Shown: positions 7,585 through 17,617, numbered from the stretch's first letter. The stretch is DNA of 38,931 nucleotides from Candidatus Hodarchaeota archaeon (GCA_016839785.1 JAEOTQ010000025.1:1-38931), one strand, 5' to 3'. Notes: generated by a model from the sequence alone, not told the origin. Numbers and translations are program-made.

Positions 7585-9717
7585 TTAATATTGAGAGAAA
7601 ATTTCTAAAATTTCTTTAATTGGGATTTTCTCTCCTTTCAATTTTATTGAATGATGATATTTTGTGTAATACTTTAGCCCAATACCCATTTTAAGTACAA
7701 AACGGTCAATTTCAGAAAGATTCACGATAGTTTCATTAAGAATATTCAATTTCTCGGTAATTTCATCTTCAGCTTCGACTTGTACTTGATCCCATTCTTT
7801 ATGTAAACCCTCATCTAATTGTTTTCGACACACGAAGATTACATCTATTCCAATGCTATTGGTTCCCCGTATCTGAGTACTTGTTTTCATCTCTGAATGG
7901 ACTGGATAGATGCTTTTAATGATGAATTTTTGATTTATTAGGGAATTTATCAATATAAGCCAAGCATCTAATTCCTTATGATGGAACGTAAAGATAAATA
8001 ACCCATCATCTTTCAATACCCTTGAAATCTCTTCAAAAGCAGCGGAAAGGCCCTCTTGATATTGTACGTCAGATTTTCCTCTCTTTATATTTTTTACAAT
8101 TTCAGTATCTTTTGGTGAATAGTCTGGTACGAACCAGGGATAAGTGTCTTTTAGCCCTAATCTTAACCAGACATAATAAAAGTCTGCTAGTTCAGCATAT
8201 TGTACATTATCGTAATATGGAGGATCGGTAACCACGAGATCAATAGAGTTTCTAGGAAGGGGAATTTTTGAAGATGAATGGCAGTATAGATGAACCAAGT
8301 TGGAATTAGTAATGTTTTCCTGAGTATTCATTAGGTTTGAATCAAATCGCACTTCTCCAACGATGGGTTCATTCATCTGTTTTCGGGCCGGTTTGCCTGT
8401 AGAATCAATGTAGATCTCGTAGGGAGCTTTAGAATACATTTTTACTTTTATTGTTTTCTTAAAAAAATTCTTGAACGTCCCTGTACCAAATCGCGCTCCC
8501 CAGGGATTATTTTCGCATGGATTCAAGGTGGCAGGATATGCATGCTTTCTGAATAAATTATAGATATAATGGTTTTTTCGATGGTATTCACAAAGCAAAT
8601 TATTATATTCTAAAGCTGTAGAAAATGTTACAAGCAGGAATTCTCTAATATTTTGATCTACAATATCCAGAATAGCAGACAAAAGTTTACCCAAAGATAA
8701 AAGTTGACGTTTATTATACATATCAGTAAAATAGGATATCTTATGGTTTAACAATTCTTGAGTCTTTGCTCCAGGGGGTATTTGTTGATTTGGTAAGGGT
8801 AAAGAATGGCCTAATGAGTCAAACTCTAACTCTGCCTCTTTAAAAAGTTTAATATCTGTTTCGTCTGCTGTTTTAAAACCTCTCAATTCACATTGTGGAC
8901 AGTAGAATTCAATAGCATATAGTTTCTCTGAAGGTTTTCCTTGCCTTTTATTTACATTTACGATACGTTCTGTATGCTCACAAGAAGGACAAAAAAACCG
9001 TCCCCTTTTAACAAAAAAGGCTGAGGACTCAAAACTCTTAGAACACTTCGGGCATGAAGAAGAAGAATTTCTATCAGTCAGGAAAAGATGGTTACAATCA
9101 GGACAGATAACGTAGTGTGTAGAATCATCCTTCCTATTATATGCAAAAAGAAAACTACGAAATAAGGGGATAGTTTCCTGGCATTTTATACATTTAATTT
9201 CTTTGATCCAGAAATAGTACATTACTTCAGCATTGTTCGAACAATACGAACACAAGGTTTTATAGTAACGTTGGATATCCGACTTGACTTTTTTGGAGAT
9301 GTTTTCGAATTCAATTTGGAGTTCACTCAAATCTACGTCTTCGACCTCCTTTTTAACAGTAAACCATGCCACGGGATTTAAATCTCCTCCAACAACTTTT
9401 GAATAGCCTAATCTTAACGCTTCGATAATTGTTGTTCCTCCTCCCATAAATGGATCTAAAATTGACTTATTTGCGAAAGAATGCTCTTCTAAGTACAAAT
9501 CCCAGAATGTCTTTTCGCCAGATTTAACCTTGTGAGGTATCGGTTCAATACTTGCGTAAATCAGAATAGAACGAAAAACTGACCCCAATCTACGAGCAAA
9601 CCATTTGTGAAGAGTTAATATCGGACGATAGTACCTTTTGGCATTGCTTTCACGATTCGCAATTTCACTTACTTGAGAGAATGGAAAATTTCTTTCGATC
9701 TCTTTCTCAAAACTCAA
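7585..9717 (-). CDS. DUF1156/COG1743-type Zn-ribbon DNA amino-methyltransferase (paralog B)
   Basis: LHKWFARRLGSVFR, motif I DPFMGGGTT, six CxxC pairs, motif IV TDPPYYD; TTG start at 9717 overlaps the tdk TGA (TTGA); ORF-track start 9747. Confidence 0.9.
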   Translation of the reverse strand: MSFEKEIERNFPFSQVSEIANRESNAKRYYRPILTLHKWFARRLGSVFRSILIYASIEPIPHKVKSGEKTFWDLYLEEHSFANKSILDPFMGGGTTIIEALRLGYSKVVGGDLNPVAWFTVKKEVEDVDLSELQIEFENISKKVKSDIQRYYKTLCSYCSNNAEVMYYFWIKEIKCIKCQETIPLFRSFLFAYNRKDDSTHYVICPDCNHLFLTDRNSSSSCPKCSKSFESSAFFVKRGRFFCPSCEHTERIVNVNKRQGKPSEKLYAIEFYCPQCELRGFKTADETDIKLFKEAELEFDSLGHSLPLPNQQIPPGAKTQELLNHKISYFTDMYNKRQLLSLGKLLSAILDIVDQNIREFLLVTFSTALEYNNLLCEYHRKNHYIYNLFRKHAYPATLNPCENNPWGARFGTGTFKNFFKKTIKVKMYSKAPYEIYIDSTGKPARKQMNEPIVGEVRFDSNLMNTQENITNSNLVHLYCHSSSKIPLPRNSIDLVVTDPPYYDNVQYAELADFYYVWLRLGLKDTYPWFVPDYSPKDTEIVKNIKRGKSDVQYQEGLSAAFEEISRVLKDDGLFIFTFHHKELDAWLILINSLINQKFIIKSIYPVHSEMKTSTQIRGTNSIGIDVIFVCRKQLDEGLHKEWDQVQVEAEDEITEKLNILNETIVNLSEIDRFVLKMGIGLKYYTKYHHSIKLKGEKIPIKEILEIFSQY

Positions 9718-10313
9718 GTTTTGGGTACTTGGTGGTGATTTACACATCTTGGTTCATAAGTTTCTGATAGTCCTGAATTTTCTATTAAGACTAACGGACT
9801 ATTGTAAGGACTTGGTTGTCCATCTATTAGTCGTTGTGTGAGAACAGCATAATGGTTACAATTAGGGTACTCACATATCGCGGTTAGACGTGTCACACGA
9901 TGTGCTCTTCCCACTAACGAGGGCATTGGTCCAAATGGTTCACCCCTGAAACTCAATAATAAGCCACAAACAATAACATGATATTCTTTCTGGATTAACT
10001 GTTCAATTACCTCAACTAAATTGTCTGTGAAAAACTGTGCTTCATCTACTCCGACAAATTTGCATTCTAAATTTTCTAAATATGATAATATTTCTTCAGG
10101 ATGTTTTTCATCGATTATTATTGCTTCTAGCTGCATATCACTACCTCTCGAAGCAATTCCAGGCTCACGAGTATTAACTGCAGGTTTAAAAACAACCCCT
10201 TTAATATCAGAGTAACGCAGTTCGTTAAACATACGAATTAAGAATTCACTTTTTCCTGATTTCATCGGTCCGAAGATAGCTTCAAGATATCCAGGTTTAT
10301 AGATTTCTGGCAC
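9714..10313 (-). CDS. tdk: Thymidine kinase (TK1 type)
   Basis: GPMKSGKS P-loop, FKP, VDEAQFF, GLLLSFRGEPFG, Zn ligands CEYPNC...YEPRCVNH; SD GGAGGA upstream of GTG. Confidence 0.95.
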   Translation of the reverse strand: MPEIYKPGYLEAIFGPMKSGKSEFLIRMFNELRYSDIKGVVFKPAVNTREPGIASRGSDMQLEAIIIDEKHPEEILSYLENLECKFVGVDEAQFFTDNLVEVIEQLIQKEYHVIVCGLLLSFRGEPFGPMPSLVGRAHRVTRLTAICEYPNCNHYAVLTQRLIDGQPSPYNSPLVLIENSGLSETYEPRCVNHHQVPKT

Positions 10314-10375
10314 TAGAGATTTCCTCCATTAGAAATTGACTTAGCATTTTATTTTTCTTTTCAGGGAGGTTATAA

Positions 10376-12460
10376 CTATTTCTTCATTCGAAATACTTCT
10401 CCTAAAGTTGTCTTTAGAGCATTTTCTGTCCCATAAAGAAGACGAAGTGATAATGAAGGCAGAATTTTTGCTAAAAATTTCTCCCACTCTCCATCTCTCC
10501 TTGTTCCTAGGTTATTTGAATAGGCTTGGATTTCTACATTGATTTCCTCCTCTAGTGATCCAGAAATGTTTTCTGCGGGATTAATCTCATCTTCCGTCGT
10601 TTTTCTTGCTACAAGAATAATATCGGTATTACTCCCCGTGACTGGTCTTGCTTGAAATTCGCTGATAACAGGATAAGCTTCTTTAAGCAAAAATTGACTT
10701 TCTTTTAGAGCGGTAAGTATTAAAATCCACGCATTGGTATTAGAATGATGAAAAGTAAATACTAGTGGTGAATTATCTTTTAATACACGATGACATTCTG
10801 TAAAGACTTTGATTAACTGAGAGACAAATTGATTCTTGTTTTTTTGTATTCCAATTTCCTCCTTATCCATGATAGTAGGAGATTCAAACCAAGGATAAGT
10901 CAATTTCAATACAACTCTCAACCATATATAGAAAAAATTCGCTAGCTCACTATACTGAATATAATCGAAGTATGGGGGATCAGTTAGTACTAAATCGATA
11001 GATTGATCAGGAATATTGTATTTCTTCAGGTTAATAGAGGAACCTGTAATTAACAGGGCATCAGGATTTTTACTTGTGACAAGCTGTTCGAAATTGTTCA
11101 CAATATTTGCATGGATGCGATCGCCAGGTACAGAAACCCGTGAAATTTGATTTTCTTTGATTTCAATCTCAAATGGAGCATCACAATATTCTTTAGCCTT
11201 AATAATCTTATCCAAGTAAGTAATAAATGTTCCATTACCTTTGTCTGTTCCCCAGACGTTATTCTCGACGTACTGCAATGGTACTAAAAATGATTGAAAA
11301 TTGAATATGTTTACAATTTGTTTCATTGTATAGTTATATGGACAAAGAACAGTGTGGAATTCCAAGCAGCTCGAAAAGGCACTCACGAAAAATTCCTTTA
11401 AATTTTGATCACTAATTGATAAAATGCATTCTAGCAGCAAGCTTAAACTCAATAATTGTCGAGAATTGAATAGATCTGCAAAATCTTGGAAACCATAATT
11501 AATTAGATTCTTTATATTCGGCCCCCTAATTGGCAGGTGTTCTCTTGGATATGGCAAACCTTCTTTCTGTTCTTCAAATAAACCCTGAACTGTGTTATAA
11601 TTTCTGATATCCTTATCTTCTATTTGTTTGTATCCGCGGTACTTGCATGTTTTACAGTAAAATTCGATAGCAATTTGTCTAGACGAGAATGATTTTAGAT
11701 TATCTTGAAGAATATCCACTAACCGAAATTCACTTTCGCACCTAGTACAGCTGAAGATTTTTTTTCTACAATTGCCTATTTTTGGAATAAACTTTGTATC
11801 ACAACTTGGACACACACTTGTAGAAGATAAATCCTCAGAAGAATAGAATAGCATGTCACAATCTGGACATATTACCATCGTTTCTGAACTCTTCCGTTGT
11901 TTCTTCCCTATGATGTAATATTTGAATAAATCCTGTTGCGATTGACAAGAAGGACATCGAATGGTACGAACCCAGAATGTATACATAATATCTGCTTGAT
12001 CGGATCCACATTCAGTGCATTTAGTTTGATAGAATTCGATTATTTGTTTTCCAACTTTGCTAAAAAACTTGGAAATGTGATCCTGAAATTTTGCTGTATC
12101 TAAGATATCTAGCTCCTTTTTTGTTGTGAACCAAGCAACAGGATTAAGATCGATCCCGACAGTTTTTACCCCTAGTCGATTAAGCTCAATTATGGTTGTT
12201 CCTCCTCCACAAAAGGGGTCTAATACAATTCTGTCCGAAAAATTATGGTTTTTGTAAAAGGCTCCTTTATCATCATCTGTAGAGCTAAACAAAGGAGCCT
12301 CTGAAAATTGAGCTATACCTACTGCTCGAAATGTGGAACCTGGCCTTCGTGCCCAAGATTTGTGAACTGAATATATTGGTCGATAAAACTGTCGTCTTTG
12401 TGATTCAACCTTTGCTATTTTTTGGATCTTAGCAATAGGAAAATCTTTTTCTAAAGGCAT
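10376..12460 (-). CDS. DUF1156/COG1743-type Zn-ribbon DNA amino-methyltransferase (paralog A)
   Basis: VHKSWARRPGSTFR, DPFCGGGTT, six CxxC pairs, TDPPYFD; SD AGGAGA upstream of ATG. Confidence 0.9.
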   Translation of the reverse strand: MPLEKDFPIAKIQKIAKVESQRRQFYRPIYSVHKSWARRPGSTFRAVGIAQFSEAPLFSSTDDDKGAFYKNHNFSDRIVLDPFCGGGTTIIELNRLGVKTVGIDLNPVAWFTTKKELDILDTAKFQDHISKFFSKVGKQIIEFYQTKCTECGSDQADIMYTFWVRTIRCPSCQSQQDLFKYYIIGKKQRKSSETMVICPDCDMLFYSSEDLSSTSVCPSCDTKFIPKIGNCRKKIFSCTRCESEFRLVDILQDNLKSFSSRQIAIEFYCKTCKYRGYKQIEDKDIRNYNTVQGLFEEQKEGLPYPREHLPIRGPNIKNLINYGFQDFADLFNSRQLLSLSLLLECILSISDQNLKEFFVSAFSSCLEFHTVLCPYNYTMKQIVNIFNFQSFLVPLQYVENNVWGTDKGNGTFITYLDKIIKAKEYCDAPFEIEIKENQISRVSVPGDRIHANIVNNFEQLVTSKNPDALLITGSSINLKKYNIPDQSIDLVLTDPPYFDYIQYSELANFFYIWLRVVLKLTYPWFESPTIMDKEEIGIQKNKNQFVSQLIKVFTECHRVLKDNSPLVFTFHHSNTNAWILILTALKESQFLLKEAYPVISEFQARPVTGSNTDIILVARKTTEDEINPAENISGSLEEEINVEIQAYSNNLGTRRDGEWEKFLAKILPSLSLRLLYGTENALKTTLGEVFRMKK

Positions 12461-12630
12461 TAATACTTCTCCTGATTCTTACAATAGATTAGATTTAATT
12501 TAATTATATGAATGATGATATTCAATCCTTGATAATTTTGAATTTGGATGACACCTTAAAATATATAACGAGGAAAAACTATACTTAATCTGATGATTCC
12601 GTAATATAAATTAATTGGTGTTTTTTCGTA

Positions 12631-13503
12631 GTGAACTCTCTTATCAGATCCGTAAAAAAAGAAGATTTACCTTCTCTTGAACATTTATACATTCAATGCA
12701 TGGGAAATTTTGAATATGCATTCTATAAGAGAAATTTTTATTCTTTTATCACTTCAAATAGTGATTTAATTAGAGTATCAGAGGAACCATCAGGGAATTT
12801 ATCAGGATTTGTTATAGGGTATATAGTTAACCCTCAAAAAGCCAGAATTCAAGCATTATTCGTGTCTAGTGATTATCGTAATCGAGGGATAGGAACTAAT
12901 CTTCTTAGATCAGTAGAAAGTCATATGATTACTAAATATCCAAATCTTAGCTTTTTATCAGTACGAATTCCAGAGGAATTCTATAATTCCCAATCATTTT
13001 TCCTAAATCGTAACTTCTCATCTATAGCAAAAATCAATGGATATGTAAAAAATAACCTAGATTTCCCTTTTTCTGTCAATAGAGAAGTATCTGTTCGAAA
13101 AGCTAAGAAATCTGATTTGAAAGGAATTTTAGAGATTGAAAAAGCATGTTTTTCAAAATACTGGCAAATGAATGTTGAGAAGTTCAAGCAAATCATGAAA
13201 AATCCTTATGAGATTCTATTTGTCGCCATTAGGGACAAAAAAATTGTTGGCTACAACTTTAATGCCGTTTCTCGCAGTGATCAAAGTGGTAATTACATTA
13301 GAATAGCAACCCTTCCAAATCAACAGTATAAACGTGTCGCCACTACCCTTACAGCACAAGCCTTCAATTGGTTTAGATCAAAGTATGTGAATCGAGTGAT
13401 CCTGACTACTTTCGCTGATTCGTTCTCCCATAATGAAATGTACCGAAAATGGGGATTTAGGAAAAACGATCAAGAAATTATCATGGCTCGGAATTATGAC
13501 TGA
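12631..13503 (+). CDS. Tandem (two-domain) GNAT acetyltransferase
   Basis: YRNRGIGTNLL in domain 1; VRKAKKSDL..EIEKACF, QQYKRVATTL, MYRKWGF in domain 2. Confidence 0.85.
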   Translation: MNSLIRSVKKEDLPSLEHLYIQCMGNFEYAFYKRNFYSFITSNSDLIRVSEEPSGNLSGFVIGYIVNPQKARIQALFVSSDYRNRGIGTNLLRSVESHMITKYPNLSFLSVRIPEEFYNSQSFFLNRNFSSIAKINGYVKNNLDFPFSVNREVSVRKAKKSDLKGILEIEKACFSKYWQMNVEKFKQIMKNPYEILFVAIRDKKIVGYNFNAVSRSDQSGNYIRIATLPNQQYKRVATTLTAQAFNWFRSKYVNRVILTTFADSFSHNEMYRKWGFRKNDQEIIMARNYD

Positions 13504-13517
13504 ATTTGAAATTGCCA

Positions 13518-14141
13518 TTATTTCCTCAACGTGCACCTGATTGAGTTCACGATATTCTCAGACTCAAGAATTTCTATACTAATGTAATCTGTAGTGTTTA
13601 TTAGAAAGAATTTTCGAAATTTCTGACTTAAATTTGAAACCAGAAACGGAAATGAACTCATAATTACTCCACCGTGGCAAACAACAATAATTTCTACATT
13701 TGGATTATCTGAATATCTCTGTTTTACATCAATTAGGAAATTTTTTATTCGTTTGCTTATCTGAGATAGAGACTCTCCCCCTGGAAGGGATGCATCTAAG
13801 TTACCATTTTCAAACCATTCATTCCAAAGATCCATAAATTTGGTCCAGCTTTTCGAGTCACTTTTACCTTCTAAATCTCCTACACTAAACTCGATAAGTC
13901 GGGAATCAATTTCATATTTAACTCCAATTTTTTCTTCCAATATCTTTGCTGTATCCACGGCCCGTTTAAGAGGACTACAAATAATTTTATCGATGTTTGA
14001 ATAAGAAAGTTCCAAAATTTTAACTAATGATTTGACTTGCATTGTTCCTCTATCTGTAAGTCCATGTTTGTATCCTGTATTGGAAAATATGTTCAGGACA
14101 TTCGCTTCGCTTTCTCCATGTCGGACAAATATTATTTCCAG
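13518..14141 (-). CDS. Histidine phosphatase (phosphoglycerate mutase family), probable CTG start
   Basis: In-frame extension upstream of the annotated ATG 14042 reads LEIIFVRHGESEAN..HGLTDRG; SPLKRAVDTA, GGESL, VCHGG; SD GAGGTGA 7 nt before CTG. Confidence 0.88.
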   Translation of the reverse strand: MEIIFVRHGESEANVLNIFSNTGYKHGLTDRGTMQVKSLVKILELSYSNIDKIICSPLKRAVDTAKILEEKIGVKYEIDSRLIEFSVGDLEGKSDSKSWTKFMDLWNEWFENGNLDASLPGGESLSQISKRIKNFLIDVKQRYSDNPNVEIIVVCHGGVIMSSFPFLVSNLSQKFRKFFLINTTDYISIEILESENIVNSIRCTLRK

Positions 14142-14247
14142 TTCTAAGTCACCTCTTTATAACAAGGGATGGCCAAATTTCCCCAGATTATATCTAAAGC
14201 AAGTGATTGATGAAACTAGGAACATCTTATCAAACCAACTAGTAATG

Positions 14248-15636
14248 TTACAGGCCTTTAGTTAAAGAATATGACGCCATCAAGTCCAGAATTTTTATAG
14301 CTGCATTAATATCATCAAATACGACACCACCCTCCGAGCGGATTTGAGAAGTCCATTGAGATTTTATGGCATCATCTCCCACTATATATGTGACAAGGGG
14401 TTTATTATACTTCTTCATATCTCGTACAACAGTTGGATCAAAAGTAATCGCAACTTGCATTGCTGCGACCATTAATAAAATCATATCAATTTCATCACTT
14501 TCAAACAGAATAGGAATTATTTGTCGCAGAGCTTCATCTAATCCATGAATCTCAAATGCAGGCCACGAATCGACTGGATTTTTTGGAGGCATCCAGTCTG
14601 GGAAGAGATTTTGGAGTTTATGAGTTGTTGATATGGATAATTCAGGGATTGTAATATTATATTTTGCAGCGATATCCGCCCCTATAACTCCTCCTGCACC
14701 AGTAATTGTAACGATTGCTAAACGTTTCCCATTAGGTAAAGATAATTTGGGAAAAGCTTCTACAATATTAAAGAATTCCCCAAATTCGGTTGCTTGTATT
14801 ATTTTTGATAGTTTCAGAAGATCTGAAAGCAATTGAGGAGATCCATGGGCATTACTAGAGGTGTGACTTAATACAGCTGATCTTCCTACTTCTGATTGTC
14901 CACCTAGTAAGCATATAAGCGGTCTAGTTCGTGTAAACTTTTTTGCTAGTTTTAGGTACTTTCTAGGCCGTTTTAATCCCTCAAGATAGAAGGCTGCGAC
15001 TTTAGTTGTCTCATCCTCCAAGAAGTTTTGGAGTAAATCACACTCATCAATGTCAATTCTATTTCCAATAGATGCTGCTTTTCTGATACCTGTGTAGCAT
15101 TCTGTGAATAATTGCAATATAACTGCCCTTGAAAAATATCCTGATTGTCCTACTATTGAAACCACCCCTTTACGTCTCATATCTGCGGTTATTGGTTCAA
15201 AAGTAGTAATTAATTCATCGGTTACTGTTCCCATGCAGTTTCCTCCCCAGATACGAATGTTAAACTGCTTTCCAAGGCATCTAATTTCTTCTTGAATGGT
15301 CTTTCCTTCCTTACCAATTTCTGCAAATCCAGCGCTTTCAATTATTATTCCTTTCACACCTTTTTGGTAACAGGCCTGGAGAAGAGAGGGAATAGTTCTG
15401 GGGGTGACAAATAATATTGCTAAATCAATGTTTCCAGGAATTTCGGTTAGGGAATGATAAACCTTCAATCCCATTATTTCCTTCGCCCTCGGATTAATAG
15501 GAAAAATTTTTTCTGTATTGGGAAATGTCCATAAAACATTTTTTAAGATCCCGTAGCCCGCTTTTGTACTATTTCGACTAACACCGATGATAGCTATCGA
15601 TTCAGGATTAAAAAAGCATGATAGATCAGGCTGCAT
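14248..15636 (-). CDS. Acyl-CoA synthetase (NDP-forming) alpha-subunit-like CoA-binding protein
   Basis: FFNPESIAIIGVS, SAGFAEIG, GGNCMG, GQSG, FYLEG, phospho-His SHT, TGAGGV, NPVD. Confidence 0.88.
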   Translation of the reverse strand: MQPDLSCFFNPESIAIIGVSRNSTKAGYGILKNVLWTFPNTEKIFPINPRAKEIMGLKVYHSLTEIPGNIDLAILFVTPRTIPSLLQACYQKGVKGIIIESAGFAEIGKEGKTIQEEIRCLGKQFNIRIWGGNCMGTVTDELITTFEPITADMRRKGVVSIVGQSGYFSRAVILQLFTECYTGIRKAASIGNRIDIDECDLLQNFLEDETTKVAAFYLEGLKRPRKYLKLAKKFTRTRPLICLLGGQSEVGRSAVLSHTSSNAHGSPQLLSDLLKLSKIIQATEFGEFFNIVEAFPKLSLPNGKRLAIVTITGAGGVIGADIAAKYNITIPELSISTTHKLQNLFPDWMPPKNPVDSWPAFEIHGLDEALRQIIPILFESDEIDMILLMVAAMQVAITFDPTVVRDMKKYNKPLVTYIVGDDAIKSQWTSQIRSEGGVVFDDINAAIKILDLMASYSLTKGL

Positions 15637-15747
15637 AGATTTTCCTCTTCAATCAAATATGGGCCGTGTAAAATCCTTGGAATTATAAGAGTTTTATATA
15701 CAAGCTAATATTATTCATAATTGGAAAATATTCTGTTGAGATGAATA

Positions 15748-16332
15748 ATGGCTCAGCGTAAAGATCAATCTATTAAAGACGGGATTTTTCATCCTTCATA
15801 TGACAAATTAGTGATATTTAAATGTGAAGTGAAAAACACTAAAGGATTTCTAAGAGATATTTCACTATCGACTGCTATTGTTGGATTATTTTCATTTCTT
15901 CTACTTGAATGGTTTGCAGTGATAATTGTACCAATGAGTTGGCCATTTCTTGTCCAATATTCTCTTCCTAAACATTATCAAACCATTCAATTCAACAAGC
16001 ATTCCATCTTTTTTGGTTCAGGATCGTTAAAAAGCCTTCTACTGTCAAAATCATTATACACCAATAATAAATTTCAGTATAGCGATATTTTTCACATTCG
16101 ATTCAATAAATGGGAAAAAAAGAAGCGAGGAGGAGTGAAAGATCAATTTGGGAAGATTGAAATCCAAATTAATCATCAAATACCAACTTTTCATTTTCTT
16201 ATTACTAGTGAGGATCTAGCGAAAATTGTCAAGATTTTCGATACTTTTCGTTTCCACTCCAAAGTGATAAGAAAACGCTCACGTGGAGAACTTATGTTAG
16301 TTTTCCCATTATCTCCTCGGTATAGTACCTAA
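15748..16332 (+). CDS. Hypothetical membrane protein (TM hairpin plus possible PH-like beta domain)
   Basis: Hydrophobic stretch around aa 39-70 followed by beta-rich basic region ending in a helix (SEDLAKIVKIF). Confidence 0.6.
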   Translation: MAQRKDQSIKDGIFHPSYDKLVIFKCEVKNTKGFLRDISLSTAIVGLFSFLLLEWFAVIIVPMSWPFLVQYSLPKHYQTIQFNKHSIFFGSGSLKSLLLSKSLYTNNKFQYSDIFHIRFNKWEKKKRGGVKDQFGKIEIQINHQIPTFHFLITSEDLAKIVKIFDTFRFHSKVIRKRSRGELMLVFPLSPRYST

Positions 16333-16417
16333 AACCTATCCTATTTTTTTCCTGAAGAGTTCTTATTATTGCTCAAACCTTTATAATTGTACTTTAATGC
16401 TTTTACTCTAGATTCTG

Positions 16418-17581
16418 ATGGATTCTTTGAAATTTTCGGCTTTAATTCTCATTGCATTAACGGTAATTCCGATCGGTCTTAACACAGATATCACACAAAC
16501 CGAATCTAGATATTCTGAACTTCCTTGGAATCTTCAGCAAATCAATATTGAAGGTGCATGGGATAGGACTACGGGAAGTACAGAAATAATCATTGCTGTG
16601 ATTGATACGGGAATTGACTTCTCTCATCCCGCACTTTCTCACACTCAATGGTTCAACACGGATGAGATTGTTAATAATTCAGTAGATGACGACAATAATG
16701 GTTATATTGATGATTATGAGGGATGGGATTGGATAAACCAGGATAATAACCCAGGTTGGCAGGTTGGAGATGAAATCCATCATCATGGTACGTTTATTGC
16801 GGGGATTATTGCAGCCAATGACAGTGAAGTACTGAGTGTCGCCCCAAAAGTAAAAATTATGTCCTTACGGGTTGTTGACAAGAATTCTCTTATTTCCAAT
16901 CCTGCAGGATTGGAGGAAGCAGTCGAATATGCTATTCAAAAAAATGTCTCTGCAATAACCATGAGTCTCGATTTGGTGATAGGCCCCCCAGGATTTCGAG
17001 ATAGTATTCGTTCAGCAATATCGGCGAATATTCCAGTTATTGGAGTTGCTGGAAATTCTGATGAAGGAAATGGATCCATAGTTTTACCAGGTAGATATAC
17101 TGAGGTGATAGCTGTTGGAGCATCGAACTCAAATGGAGAAAAGGCAGATTACAGTAATGCTGGGGAGGAACTTGAGATTTTAGCTCCTGGAGGTCAACGA
17201 TTATCCAACCAATTACAGAGTACCGCGACAAACGGGGGATATCTTTACGATATTGGTACTTCTTATGCAGCTCCCCATGTTGCTGGCGTTGTTGGGCTCA
17301 TAAAATCAATTAGGTTTAATTTCACCGTGGAAGACATCCGATATATCCTTCACTCTACAGCACATGATATCGGGTCTACTGGGTGGGATATAGAATCTGG
17401 ATTCGGAATACTGAATGCCTCAGCTGCAGTGGAATTTGCGCTAACTTATGAGGGTACAGAAACATCCACAACAACTTCTTCTCGTCCACCTGGATTATTT
17501 GGGATCGTTAGTATCTCTTTCTACGAGATAATTATTTTTCTTACCCTATTATTTCCCCTGTTACGCAAGAAACGTGGATGA
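16418..17581 (+). CDS. Secreted, membrane-anchored S8 subtilisin-like serine protease
   Basis: Signal peptide; triad AVIDTG, HGTFIAG, GTSYAAPHVAG; oxyanion AGN; C-terminal Thr/Ser linker + TM + RKKRG. Confidence 0.95.
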   Translation: MDSLKFSALILIALTVIPIGLNTDITQTESRYSELPWNLQQINIEGAWDRTTGSTEIIIAVIDTGIDFSHPALSHTQWFNTDEIVNNSVDDDNNGYIDDYEGWDWINQDNNPGWQVGDEIHHHGTFIAGIIAANDSEVLSVAPKVKIMSLRVVDKNSLISNPAGLEEAVEYAIQKNVSAITMSLDLVIGPPGFRDSIRSAISANIPVIGVAGNSDEGNGSIVLPGRYTEVIAVGASNSNGEKADYSNAGEELEILAPGGQRLSNQLQSTATNGGYLYDIGTSYAAPHVAGVVGLIKSIRFNFTVEDIRYILHSTAHDIGSTGWDIESGFGILNASAAVEFALTYEGTETSTTTSSRPPGLFGIVSISFYEIIIFLTLLFPLLRKKRG

Positions 17582-17617
17582 CGATGTGATATTCATCTAT
17601 TAGGCATTCTTAGTTTC

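Noticed and set aside
7585-12460. Prophage or mobile-element origin of the MTase-tdk block
   Set aside because: No integrase, transposase, att repeats or structural genes, and no composition shift visible by eye
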